The notes under the pieces are model-generated. The model had not been told where the DNA came from, did no database searches, and was given only the letters and a program-made list of their open reading frames with translations. A stretch of DNA of 63,516 bases, filler included, from Circinaria calcarea (lineage: Eukaryota), in the NCBI GenBank assembly GCA_051942165.1. It is 13 parts of 13 records of this genome, joined end to end, with 100 filler letters (N's around TTAATTAATTAA, not from the genome) between each part and the next. Parts side by side here need not be neighbours in the genome. Positions count along the whole stretch, not along the records: positions 1 to 4,801 come from JAVECS010002172.1; positions 4,902 to 9,702 come from JAVECS010002173.1; positions 9,803 to 14,602 come from JAVECS010002174.1; 10 more parts are not named here. One strand, 5' to 3'. The translations under genes were made by a program, and so were the position numbers. Shown piece by piece: positions 1 through 11,162 of the stretch. Position 1 is the first letter of the stretch. Each line of letters starts with the position of its first letter.

Positions 1-2
1 TA

Positions 3-1202
3 ACGGTCAAATCGGAAGAGGTAGATGAAGATGGCGATCGCGTTGTTCATCTCAGCGAGGAATATGAGATTGAGCCAATCGCAAAGGAGTGTACCGCTTG
101 TGGTACTGACTCGAGCCCTAAGTGGCATAAAACAGCGAAACTGCCTTCACCACCACTTTCTCCTTCACCAGCGGTTATACCGCTGTCGTCTCCTTCGCAG
201 TTACCCAAGCAACCTCGTTCTCCGCAAATGAACGGCCAGCTTGAAGATGATCTTGGGTCTAGCCGAGGAATCCCAATCCTACAGACCCCGGCGCATTCTC
301 AAGATGTCGGGTATGAGACAAACGGTGAAGTAGGGAACAATATTGCCCATACAGACAAGGATGAAAGGGTCGGCGACCAGGCCGGCGTGCCTCGGCAGTC
401 TGCCGTCACCTGCTCCGAAGCCCTCGAGAACTTGGACTCTCCTGTGAAATATCTATGTCATAAATGCTATTTGAAGAAGTTGAATGAACCCTCACCCCGT
501 CCAGTCACACCCTTGCCGGAAGAAGAGGACAGTCCAATTCCACAGGAAACTCCAGTTCCCGAACCGCATGCTCCATCTCCTACTATATGGCCAGTGGCTC
601 CTGTAGCAGCCTCGAACCGACAAGCCGATGTATGGCCCAACCAGCCTCCACCACAACAGAACGGTCCAAATCGAATGCCGAATGGAATACCACGTTCCCC
701 ACCGACTCAGTATACGCCCCACGTTCCACCGCATTATGCTAATCCACAATATTACACCAACGGTCACGAGCAGCAGCGCTATGGATTGTCCATGCAACAA
801 CACCAACAGCCCAACGGTGCACCTTCCGCTTATCATACAACAAGGCCTGCTTCAAGTCATATGGAAGTAGGACCTTACCCAGGGCCGCCTCCTCATCATG
901 GAAGTCCGTCTTATGTTCGCCCCACATCTAATGGCATCAGATCACCACCGGTACATTACCGCTCAGCCCATCCACCTTTGGGTCCGCCCCGAGCCGCCGA
1001 AAACCCTTTTCTAATCCCCCACCATCATTCGTCGCCACGGCAGCATTATCACGGTCGCGGTAGTCCTCGACATCGCGGTATGGATGACAGGCCCCAAACC
1101 CCAACGGACATGAACGGGCGCAACGGTGGATGGTCTGATGGGAATGTGCAGTTGGCGAATGGGGCGAGCGCTAGTCCTTCGCTCCGGAATCTCTTGCATT
1201 GA
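3..1202 (+). CDS. SNT2: 3' part of a Snt2/SntB-like chromatin protein (5'-truncated)
   Basis: Frame is open from position 3, with CTACGTDSSPKWH and YLCHKC Cys motifs, a P/H-rich tail and the terminal GASASPSLRNLLH typical of Pezizomycotina Snt2 homologues. Confidence 0.7.
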   Translation, partial: TVKSEEVDEDGDRVVHLSEEYEIEPIAKECTACGTDSSPKWHKTAKLPSPPLSPSPAVIPLSSPSQLPKQPRSPQMNGQLEDDLGSSRGIPILQTPAHSQDVGYETNGEVGNNIAHTDKDERVGDQAGVPRQSAVTCSEALENLDSPVKYLCHKCYLKKLNEPSPRPVTPLPEEEDSPIPQETPVPEPHAPSPTIWPVAPVAASNRQADVWPNQPPPQQNGPNRMPNGIPRSPPTQYTPHVPPHYANPQYYTNGHEQQRYGLSMQQHQQPNGAPSAYHTTRPASSHMEVGPYPGPPPHHGSPSYVRPTSNGIRSPPVHYRSAHPPLGPPRAAENPFLIPHHHSSPRQHYHGRGSPRHRGMDDRPQTPTDMNGRNGGWSDGNVQLANGASASPSLRNLLH

Positions 1203-3058
1203 GTGATGGATAACATTGGGGCAAGGGAATGCTTCTTTTAGCGAGGACAAGATGGCCCATTCTTGCACTTTGGAGGGGGAGGTAGCGCCTGTCTGGAGGC
1301 GTTTGACGGGAGGATATTTGTGCCAGCGAACTTAAGATACCACGGATAATGTATTCTATGGCCGAAGTGGCAAGTGAATCTAGACTAGATCAACTATTTT
1401 CAAACTACATGGACTTTTTACCCGAGAGCAGACGTCCACCGGTGACATATATCAAGTCCGAGGTGTGGAGGGTGATATGGAGAGATCACGCCATGCACCA
1501 TGCACCATGCACTGCAGACACTCGACAACCGGGATGAAGCGACGTGCAGGGCAAGCATGCCAAATCTGTGGAAGGAAGGACTGGCAGGATGGGCTGATAC
1601 GGCACCCCATTCTCGGTCCTGCATCGTGCCCTTGCCCTACCGCATAGGATTCTCATCTGTGGCTGCATGCCGGGGAGCCGGCCTAGGGAAGGAGGACACT
1701 TCACTACCCCATGAAGCTTTTTTGAAGATCCGGTGACCAGTAGAAGATTGTAGTTCTTCCATGCAAAATGGCCAAAGGAGTGGATGGAATCGGGAACTGT
1801 TCCGGGGCAGCCGAGTTTCTCGTCGTGACGGTATGGGGGGATTGTGAAGTGCATATCCGGATGATTCGGGGATTCGATACAAGTTGAGCAGGCGAGTTTA
1901 CGGGCATGCATGTGGTAAAGATATTAATCAGTGTTCTAGAAGAGAGACGATGCTAGTGGAGGTAGGCGAAAGGAGCTGCTCGCTGCTTGCCGGAGTCCGG
2001 CCAGTTCTCCATTTACCATAGCCCCCGAAGCGCGTCTTAGGCCCCGTCTGACAATCACTGCTGAAACAGTCAAAGATAACCATCAGTGGCTTCTCCACAT
2101 GATTGTAGCGGGTGATCGACCATTCTTTGTTCCTGTCGTCTTTTGTTCCGGAGCCGAAGCTGCTTGCGGCACTTTGGATTAAGGAGGCGGTATGGTATAC
2201 TGTGGGAAACTATGGTAGGCGAGCCGGAGCTAATCGGCCCACGTCATGAAGTTTATCTGGGAATCCTTCAACTTAAGGTAGGTCACATGTATGCTGCACA
2301 CTACTGCAGCAGCATCTTTCGACAGGAAAATACAGCTCCCTTGGCTGCATGAGAGTGCCACATGTGACATTGCTGCTCTGCTGCCACGGCCTACCACCTG
2401 CGGGTGACGGCCTTTTTATTTACCGTTTTAGACCGAAGCAGTATATCGGGGTAAACGAGAGGCCGATCCAATCACGCAATTCCTTAGCTTCCACCTCGAC
2501 ACTGATTGTCAATATGGCGAATCCCCGTCACCAAATGTACGAATTCCCTCCCACTGCCGAGTGGCAGCCCTTGTTTTCCTCGACGGGAGGAGCCCACTTT
2601 GTGGCGTGGGTTCTCATGCACATCCCCCACCCCCATCGCCCAATCTCCACAAGTTAACCCCGAGGCCGACGCTCTTCTGAGATCCCTCCAGCCTTTCTCC
2701 TGCAGCCAAACCACCGGGTTGAGCATAAGGTATATAGTCTAAAGGATCTCTCCTCGGTCTCCCAGCATAGACCCCGGAAGTCACCTCACGTAAGCTGCAG
2801 TCGACACCTCGTTGACAGTCCTCCCGTCTGCTGCCGTTATCCTGCAGAAGGAACCGGTCTGATTTCCGTCTCTGTTCTCCCTTTCATCCTATCACAATTG
2901 CCTCGTCATTGGATTTGTGTGTTCGCGAGAAGCAGTGTAACGGAACACGGTAGGGCTGGGAGGTGCATCGAGGAGCTTGCAGAGACCCTCCCTCTCATCC
3001 GTATTCACGTCGCTCCGTTTCTCAGACTATCAACATCGTTCGCCGTGCTCACCTGGCA

Positions 3059-4801
3059 ATGGGCCCCAGTACGTCGACTAAGGTCGGTCACGGTCTTGCC
3101 AAGGTCTTGGGTATCAAGCTTGATTATCGCGATCCGATCAGCAAAGAAGACCTCTCGAGAGGAGAATCGGTCTTTTCGGTTTCCAGTGCGGATACGTATG
3201 TGGAGGAGGAGCCCACTGTGCTGCAATGGCTGCAAGAGCTTCTGCCGACAGGGCGAGGAGTCCTGAACTACCTCTACAGCCTTGTTCCTTTCATCCATTG
3301 GATCGACCACTATAACGTTCAGTGGTTGTTCGGAGATCTCGTGGCAGGTCAGTCCAACTCCATGCTACCATGACTCTTGCGGGAGCCTTGATGCTGAAAC
3401 GCATAGGCATCACGGTTGGCGCCGTCGTCGTTCCCCAGGGGATGGCTTATGCTCTTCTGTCTCAGCTTCCAGCAGAGTTTGGGCTCTATACGTCCTTCAT
3501 GGGTGTCTTGATCTACTGGTTTTTTGCAACGTCCAAAGATATCACGATCGGAGTCAGTGTCGATTCCTAGCGAGGTCACCGCGGCAAGACTAACTCTTGA
3601 TAGCCCGTGGCAGTAGCGTCAGTAATCACCGGCAATGTTGTGCTTGCGGCGAGGGCTACCAACCCAGAGATTCCAGGCCATGTCATCGCATCCGCACTCA
3701 GTGTTATTTCTGGCGCCATCATCTGCTTCCTGGGACTTGCTCGTCTCGGATGGATTGTTGACTTCATTTCTTTGGCAGCTATCTCGGCGTTCATGACAGG
3801 ATCCGCGATCAACATTGCCGTTGGGCAGGTTCCTACGCTGATGGGGATCACTGGATTTTCCACCCGTGACTCCAGCTACAAAGTCTTTATCAACACGCTA
3901 AAAAATCTCGGAGGAACCAAACTTGATGCTGCCATGGGCCTCACTGCGCTGACCATGCTCTACATCATCCGAGGCGCCTGCAATTATGGCGCTCGGAGAA
4001 TGCCCCACCGAAGCAAGTTCCTTTTCATTCTCGCCACATTACGGACCGCCTTCGTCCTACTTTTGTACACCATGATTAGTTGGTTGGCGAACAGACATCA
4101 TCGTCAAAAGCCTTTGTTCAGAATCCTACAGAATGTTCCAAGAGGTTTGTCGTTACTCACCTACACTATTGGTGCGATAGCTGATTGAGAGCAAAGGCTT
4201 CCAACATGCTCGTGTACCGCTCATAACTGCCGACATCATCAAGGCCTTCACCAGTCAGCTCCCGGTGGTCGTCATTGTTCTCCTGATCGAGCACATTGCC
4301 ATCTCCAAGTCTTTTGGTCGAGTTAACAATTACACGATCAATCCCTCGCAGGAAATGATAGCAATCGGGGTTACTAACCTTCTCGGACCATTTCTTGGAG
4401 CATATCCCTCTACCGGGTCTTTCTCTCGGACGGCCATCAAGTCGAAAGCGGGCGTGAGGACACCATTTGCCGGCTTTATCACTGCTATCATAGTTCTCCT
4501 TGCCATATATGCGCTTACCGCGCTTTTCTTCTATATCCCTAGCGCGTCGCTCTCCGCCGTCATTATTCATGCTGTTGGGGATCTCATCACCCCCCCAAAT
4601 ACTGTCTACCAGTTTTGGCGCATTTCTCCGCTAGAAGCCATCATCTTCTTTGCGGGCGTCATCGTCACCGTCTTTACGAGCATCGAAAACGGCATCTACA
4701 CGACAATCTCCATCTCAATTGCAGTCTTCCTATTCCGAGTGGTTAAAGCCAAGGGCCGATTCCTGGGCAAAGTAAAGGTTCACTCGGTTATCGGAGATCA
4801 C
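3059..4801 (+). CDS. SulP/SLC26 sulfate permease (sB/Cys-14-like), 3 introns (~3348-3406, ~3553-3603, ~4145-4196), 3'-truncated
   Basis: Motifs GDLVAG|ITVGAVVVPQGMAYA, GLYTSFMG, FATSKDITIG|PVAV, EHIAISKSFGRVNNY, TGSFSRTAIKSKAGVRTP. GT-AG introns join the ORF fragments. Confidence 0.96.
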
Positions 4802-4901
4802 NNNNNNNNNNNNNNNNNNNNNNNNNNNNNNNNNNNNNNNNNNNNTTAATTAATTAANNNNNNNNNNNNNNNNNNNNNNNNNNNNNNNNNNNNNNNNNNN
4901 N
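4802..4901. other. Artificial contig linker (N-run + TTAATTAATTAA + N-run). Equivalent linkers at 9703-9802, 14603-14702, 19503-19602, 24403-24502, 29303-29402, 34198-34297, 39090-39189, 43979-44078, 48868-48967, 53754-53853, 58637-58736
   Basis: Twelve 100-nt spacers with stops in all six frames. Contig lengths never increase along the window, and genes are truncated at the linkers. Confidence 0.99.
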
Positions 4902-5121
4902 ACTATCTTGATACTAGTTTAGAAACAATATTGTATAGGTATGTAGATATAAAACTTAATACCATACACCCTATAAGTTTCAAACTAGACCAAAAAAGAC
5001 TTTTTTAATAGATAAAGTCTTACCTCTAGACTGAAAAAAAAAACAGTTAGTGATCTTTATCTTTAATCCCATAATCCTTTAGATTAGCTTTTCTTATAAA
5101 ATTAAGAGGTTTTTTCTCTTT

Positions 5122-5230
5122 CTCTTCCTCTTCCTCTTCCTCTTCCTCTTCCTCTTCCTCTTCCTCTTCCTCTTCCTCTTCCTCTTCCTCTTCCTCTTCC
5201 TCTTCCTCTTCCTCTTCCTCTTCCTCTTCC
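5122..5230. repeat. (TTCCTC)n hexanucleotide microsatellite, about 17-18 units
   Basis: Perfect tandem repeat directly visible. Confidence 0.98.
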
Positions 5231-5627
5231 CGCGAATTATTAGAAACTTCTTCGTCTTCGACGAAGTAATAATTTTTATTCTAAACACATGTTATATTTA
5301 CCTCTCTTTATTTCTATTATAAAATTATTTTTAGCTCTTCTGCCTTTTTTATACACTCTAGTTTTTTCTCCTTAGCTTTTATTTCATTAGGGTTACTATT
5401 CTTATTATGGCATATTTGTTATTATACCCCGTTTTAGCCAGAAGTATAATAAAGACTCTCTAAATTTTTTGTTATATCAATAAAAATATATTGAATAAGG
5501 CTTATTATTTGTTTGGCCATAAGTTAGACGATAGATTAAAAGCCCAGTCGGTTATAAATCTACCTTGTACGAATATAGTTTTATAATTCTAAAAATGCTT
5601 TTTTTATTTTTATAGAAGAAAAACTAG

Positions 5628-6356
5628 CCATGGGACGGACCTGCATTATGTGCAATTAGCCAACTTGTACTGTTCCTTACATCAAGTATTTGGTTTATTT
5701 CTTATACTTATTACTTTAACAGTAGTAGTACCTCTTTTCCACTAGTTAATTTAAAGGAGACTTTTGTCTCTTTTCTTAACCTAGTTAGGGATTTTAATTT
5801 TTATTTTCATATCTACTATATATTTGCTTCTATTTACTTGGATTCATTAATATCTTATAACATATATAAGAACAAAAGATTAAAAGCAGATACTACTATT
5901 AATATAGTGGATAATATGGGGATTTTTTTGTTAAATGTATTTTTTATCTTTAATAGATCAGGTGTTATAAGTGCAATAAAGCCTTTTATTAAAAGTTGAT
6001 TAAAATATATGTTAGTTATAACGGTATTTAGAATGCTTTTTACTTATACGTTAGCCCTAGATATTAACCCGTATATTAGACGAGGAGCAAACATTTTTAT
6101 TATTATATCTTTGTACCTTTTTATTAGAAATCCATTATCCGTTTATTACTTCATACGTAAGAATAGTCGTATGGAAATACTAACAGCTGTAATAGAAGAA
6201 ATAAAGAAACGTTTAATACTTTTTATATTGGCTGCAAGAGACTATTATTATTATTACGGTGCCACATTTGCATTAGCCATTTCATATTTATCTGAATTTT
6301 TCTTTAGAGATCTAGCCTCTAATTTAGAGGTTGCCTTTTTCAGATTCCTTTTTTAA
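5628..6356 (+). CDS. Unassigned hydrophobic mitochondrial ORF (about 242 open codons under genetic code 4)
   Basis: The 6009-6356 ORF extends upstream through a TGA (Trp) to a TAG at 5625. It is rich in F/I/L/Y and I recognise no family. Confidence 0.4.
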
Positions 6357-6439
6357 TTTAATGGGCTTTACTGTACTTGTTCTGTTTAAGAGCAAGTAAG
6401 GATGAAAAGATCTAAAGATCTCTTTCAGAGAGAGATAGT

Positions 6440-7805
6440 AGCAGTATAAATCAAATTGAAAATGATACCCCCCCCAAGCAGAATTATTCTGGAATCTGGA
6501 TTAGAGCAGAATAGCACAAAACACTTACTTTATTTAAAGTCCTTTTTTTCAAGCACAGCCTTTTAGAGCTCCTTATATTAATATAGCTAACATCAAGTCT
6601 TTAGCTGAAGTGTTAGTTGCTAAATCCGTTATTCTTAATTGGTGGGACAATCAGTATACAAATAGAATTGGTAATGCGGATGATCTTGTCACTTTCTTAG
6701 ATATAGAAAACATGGTAAGATTTAAATCTTACTTAGCTAATTATACAAGCTGTAAATCTGAGATATTAAAAATCATTCTTCTAAACCGAGAATTTACTAT
6801 CCTATGGTTCCTTGCGATAAAGGTGATTTCAAAGCGCCCAATATTAGTCTACAAGGCAGCCATGTAGAAAAAAGGCTCTAGAACACTCTTCATTTAAAGT
6901 GAAATGTCAGCCTCTTAGACTCTAAGCTTATAAAAATGGTTACTGAATTAAGATATGATTTAATGCCCAGCCCAGAAACTAGATTTGCAGGAACCTATGC
7001 AGAAGAGGAACAGAGGATAGAAACATTAAGCTTAGGAGAACCTGCCTTAACTGTTAGCAAAGGTTCCGTGGAATTCTCTGGTAAAAAGGTTACAATGAGT
7101 ACTCTTAATGATCCACCACTTGGTGTTAAATCTTTTATACCTAAGTATACGCTAGGATCTGAAAAAGTAAATAACGTACTTCTATATGAAGAAGCTGTCA
7201 TCTCCTTACTTTTTTTAAGTAAGAAAAATAAACTTACACCCCCCTAATGACAAGGATTATTGAAGCTAAAGCACAAATAAACTATTTATGATCAATAACT
7301 CATATAGTTGATAGATTATATCTATAAATGGATGAGGCTAAAAAGCTAGGTTATGAAATATATGACGATATACCAGACAAATTGGAAATAAAAAGTATAA
7401 TATTATAAGTAAGATAGCTTTGTTTTATTTAAACAAAGCTAGTTATTCTCCCTTAACTAAAAAAAAACACGCTTTTTTAAAGTCTCTATGCAAGCTTTGT
7501 ACCAAGAAAGCGAAATCTTGAAAGCTCTATTGCCGAAGTGATAAGTAAAGTTAGAACATTTTATATATGCAAATGCTATATAAGAAAAGACTAGCTTTTG
7601 AACACAAACTGAAACTATTAATCAACATTTACTTTGAAGAGGCCAACAAAGGGGATTAGCATATGTAGCCATATCCAACTGTGAATTATCCCATAATAGA
7701 GACCTAGATTATTGACGCAGGTTAATGTACTCAAGGGGCGTTACGACAAATAAAGATAAGATATAAAACCCGGATGGAAACTTTCTGTTTAAAAGTTACA
7801 GTTAG
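6440..7805 (+). pseudogene. Degenerate unassigned mitochondrial ORF (frameshifts and in-frame stops)
   Basis: Successive protein-like frames (6610-6867, 6936-7247 and code-4 frames out to ~7805) can be joined across a few frameshifts and stops. Confidence 0.4.
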
Positions 7806-9013
7806 TATAATTTAATATGAGAAAAAAAGAACCGTCTATATTTATATCTTACTTAAACTAGGTATATATCTAATATCTACTTTTGAATCAGTATTAGTGT
7901 TCTTTATTTTTTGCATTTCACAATAAAGTGCACTGTATTTTTCGGAATCTTCATATTCTTGACGATCTTTATCCTCTCTTTCTTTTCTTTCTTGTATAAA
8001 AAGAGGCTCTTTATAACTTCTTTCAAGTTCTTCAATTATTGCTTCATTTTCGGGGTCTATGTTCATTAGAATATCTTAATTTTTTTTTTTCTTTTCATTT
8101 TACTTTATAATTTTAGAATTTTTTTTTTTAGTTTAGCAAAAAGAGGAATATAACTAACTGTTTACTTAATAAAGGCTAGATATTAACTAATATTTCACCC
8201 TTTTTACTTTAGATTTACCTTCTAAAATCTCAAAAGGGTCTTTATCTGTTATTCCAGGTTTGGTATACAATTTATTAACTGAGGATGTTCTATATTATAT
8301 ATACGTCTAACTTCTAACTTGCAAACTCCTAATCATTTTTGGATTACTTAAATAGATGTGTTATTCTTTTAAATAATATAAAGGGCTAGGAATATAAAAG
8401 TCTATTGTAGACTTTGTTAAAAGTAGTTTTGCTCTTCTTTAGTGCAAGTAACTCTGATAGTTCAAAGAGATAAAATTGTTTAGATATATATAAAGAATAT
8501 ATATAAATATAAAACTAAGCCTATTAGTATATAATTATTCTAAATAAACTTTATCAGCATCTTTAATTAATAATTACGTCTATCTTTTTTGCTCTAACCT
8601 TATACTTTATTTATATTATTTTATAAATAAAAAAAAAAAGTTAACTCTTGTTTAGATTTAGCTTTTTTCTAAAGTTAAGAGGCTTTTTTTACTTTAGATT
8701 TACCTTCCTATAGTTTAGCTCTAGATTACTAAACTAGCTTAAAAACAGGATTATATAACTATATAATCCTATTTATCTCTCGAATATAGTTCTAGAAACA
8801 AATTATATAAATGATGAACAGTTTACATAAAATGTTTTGAGATTCATGTTTTAGTATATCATATTTGTTATCTCCAATGCTTCTGCACTTGCAGTAAGCT
8901 ACCGGAATTTGATTATACATACAAGATCATGGGCTCACATTACATATATATTGGTATGTATAACCTTCCCTTTTTTTTCTCCACTATTAATTTAGCCTTT
9001 TAATATTAATTAA

Positions 9014-9123
9014 TAATAGATAAAGTCTTATCTCTTTACTTTCTAAACAGTATTAGATATTTATCCCTAATCCCATAATCCTTTTAGATTAACTTTTTTT
9101 TTCTAAAGTTAAGAGGTTTTTTT
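9014..9123. repeat. Dispersed AT-rich mitochondrial repeat (second copy ~5006-5115; partial copies ~8651-8708 and ~8201-8222)
   Basis: Shared blocks TAATAGATAAAGTCTTA, TAATCCCATAATCCTTT and TTAAGAGGTTTTT. TTTTTACTTTAGATTTACCTTC occurs at both ~8201 and ~8686. Confidence 0.8.
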
Positions 9124-9177
9124 ACTAATTCTAAAAACTTCTATTAAAAGATTAGTAAGAATTTTTTATTAAAACAC

Positions 9178-9702
9178 ATGTTATATTCACCAATTTATAT
9201 TTCCATCCTAGAAGTCTTGTTAGTTACTGTCCCTGTTCTATTAATTGTAGCTTTTGTAACCGTAGCAGAAAGAAAAACAATGGCTAGTATGCAAAGAAGA
9301 CTAGGTCCTAATATTGTAGGATACTACGGTCTTTTACAAGCATTTGCAGATGCCTTAAAACTACTTTTAAAAGAGTATGTCTCACCCCAACAAGCAAATC
9401 TAGCATTGTTTTTTATGGGTCCAATAATAACTTTAATTTTTTCACTTTTAGGATATGCAGTTATACCATATGGCCCCGGTCTAGCTATCTCAGACTTTAA
9501 TTTAGGTATACTTTATATGTTAGCAGTATCATCCTTATCCACCTATGGTATATTATTAGCAGGATGATCTGCGAATTCCAAATATGCGTTTTTAGGTTCA
9601 CTTAGAAGTACAGCACAATTAATTAGCTATGAATTAATTTTAAGTAGTGCAATATTACTAGTTATATTGTTAACAGGTAGCTTAAATTTAACTGTTAATA
9701 TC
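9178..9702 (+). CDS. nad1: NADH dehydrogenase subunit 1 (mitochondrial, code 4), 3'-truncated
   Basis: [33 protein letters not shown]. The TGA at 9565 reads as Trp in [24 protein letters not shown]. Confidence 0.98.
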
Positions 9703-9802
9703 NNNNNNNNNNNNNNNNNNNNNNNNNNNNNNNNNNNNNNNNNNNNTTAATTAATTAANNNNNNNNNNNNNNNNNNNNNNNNNNNNNNNNNNNNNNNNNN
9801 NN

Positions 9803-10800
9803 GTTAAAGCTCTGCCCCGAGTCTCAGGGGGGTCGGCCGGTATTATACTGATCCGAGTATTACCCGAAACCAGAATTTATAATTAAGCGTAATTCACTGC
9901 TCCCGGCCTATCTATAGAGGCTACGCCTGCCGAACGCTCGCGCCCCGTCTCCGCTCAACATTGGTATGCTCGTGCCTCTGCCTTCGCTTAATACTTATAA
10001 ATTTTGTGAAGACCGAGGCAGAAACAGAGGCATGACCGCGTATTCCGCACGAAATAACACGGAATATACTCCGCTTTTTCCACGAAACCCACCCATAACC
10101 CTCTATCGTAGTGCGCGCTCCGTGTATCATAGCAAAATCCATCCCTCCTCCTCTTCCATGCCTTCGGAATGCGCCGAACTATGCGCCGAACTATGCCTTT
10201 CAGAATACGCTGAACCAGCCAATCAGCCTTCCATATTCAGCATACCCTTTCGAATTCACGCTATTCATGCCCTAATTCGAGCCGGTCCTGATATTCAGGG
10301 CGAATTATGCCTGGCTCAGGGCGAATACGCCTAGTTTCTATTATATACCGGGGCGAAGTTTAGATACCGGACGACCCCCCCCGGAAAGCTTGGCGGACCC
10401 CCCCGATACCCGGGGCTTTTTTCGACACGTACGCAGTATCTCATAGTATCTACATAGTATTTCAATGGCCTTTATCGATACATATACTCCAGTTAAACCG
10501 TGCACACTGTTGAGGATGTAGCGCCCTCCCTGTAATGCACCTCCTTCCTTCAAGCGCGTTTTAATTAGCGTCGTCTCGGAATACTGTAACCATAATAAAT
10601 CGCTTATTTTCACTGAATCAGGCTTAGCCGGCTTTCACAAATATACTCTCAGCCTCATATAATAGGCTTTTACCCCACCTTCCTCAACGTTTACCTAAGG
10701 TCTAATAGCACTAGGCTATGCTCTTGCGCCTACTGTTTGTATTCAACTTAATAAAAAAACGAATATCTTTCTCTATTAACCTATAAATATATGCATTACA
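9803..10800. mobile_element. Possible RIP-degraded repeat or transposon relic
   Basis: No credible ORF, appears TpA-rich by eye, has a short tandem duplication (ATGCGCCGAACT x2 at ~10169) and lies at a contig edge. No family motif recognised. Confidence 0.3.
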
Positions 10801-11162
10801 CGTCGTGGAAAAGCCTTTATATGTCGTGTCAATTCTTTACCAATTTTCGTTGATCGTACCTGCCCTTCTTCTTTTCAAGCGTGGCCACCGATTCTAGGTA
10901 TGTTGTAATTGATTAATGGGCTGAGCAACGCCATTCTGAAGCCAACAGCCTTCGAAGACTTATGCTCTTCAGTAGAAGATTACGTTATCAAGCATATCAC
11001 ACATATACCTAACACTTCGAACCCTATTTTTCTGTATTGCTTCTCTGAAATATGAGCCTGGATTTGCCCTTTATATGTTATAGCTAATCTATATAATGTG
11101 CATAAGTACAGAAGTCCTAAACCGTTATTACTTGTAAGAAAATTGGTTTACACAATTTCACA

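Larger units (their letters stand above)
4902..9702. other. Mitochondrial-type DNA contig (mtDNA or NUMT)
   Basis: Very AT-rich compared with the other contigs, and carries nad1 with TGA used as Trp. Confidence 0.92.

Noticed and set aside
5094..5288. Poly-KR 64-aa ORF
   Set aside because: It is a translation of the microsatellite with no coding support.
5300..7805. TAA/TAG reassignment in the mitochondrial ORFs
   Set aside because: The stops co-occur with frameshifts and nad1 has no internal TAA/TAG, so decay is the simpler explanation.
4902..9177. Mitochondrial tRNA or rRNA genes
   Set aside because: I could not identify a cloverleaf or conserved rRNA motif by eye. A tRNAscan-SE/Infernal run would be needed to exclude them.
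9565..9567. Apparent premature stop in nad1
   Set aside because: TGA is Trp in the mould mitochondrial code, and the conserved sequence continues.
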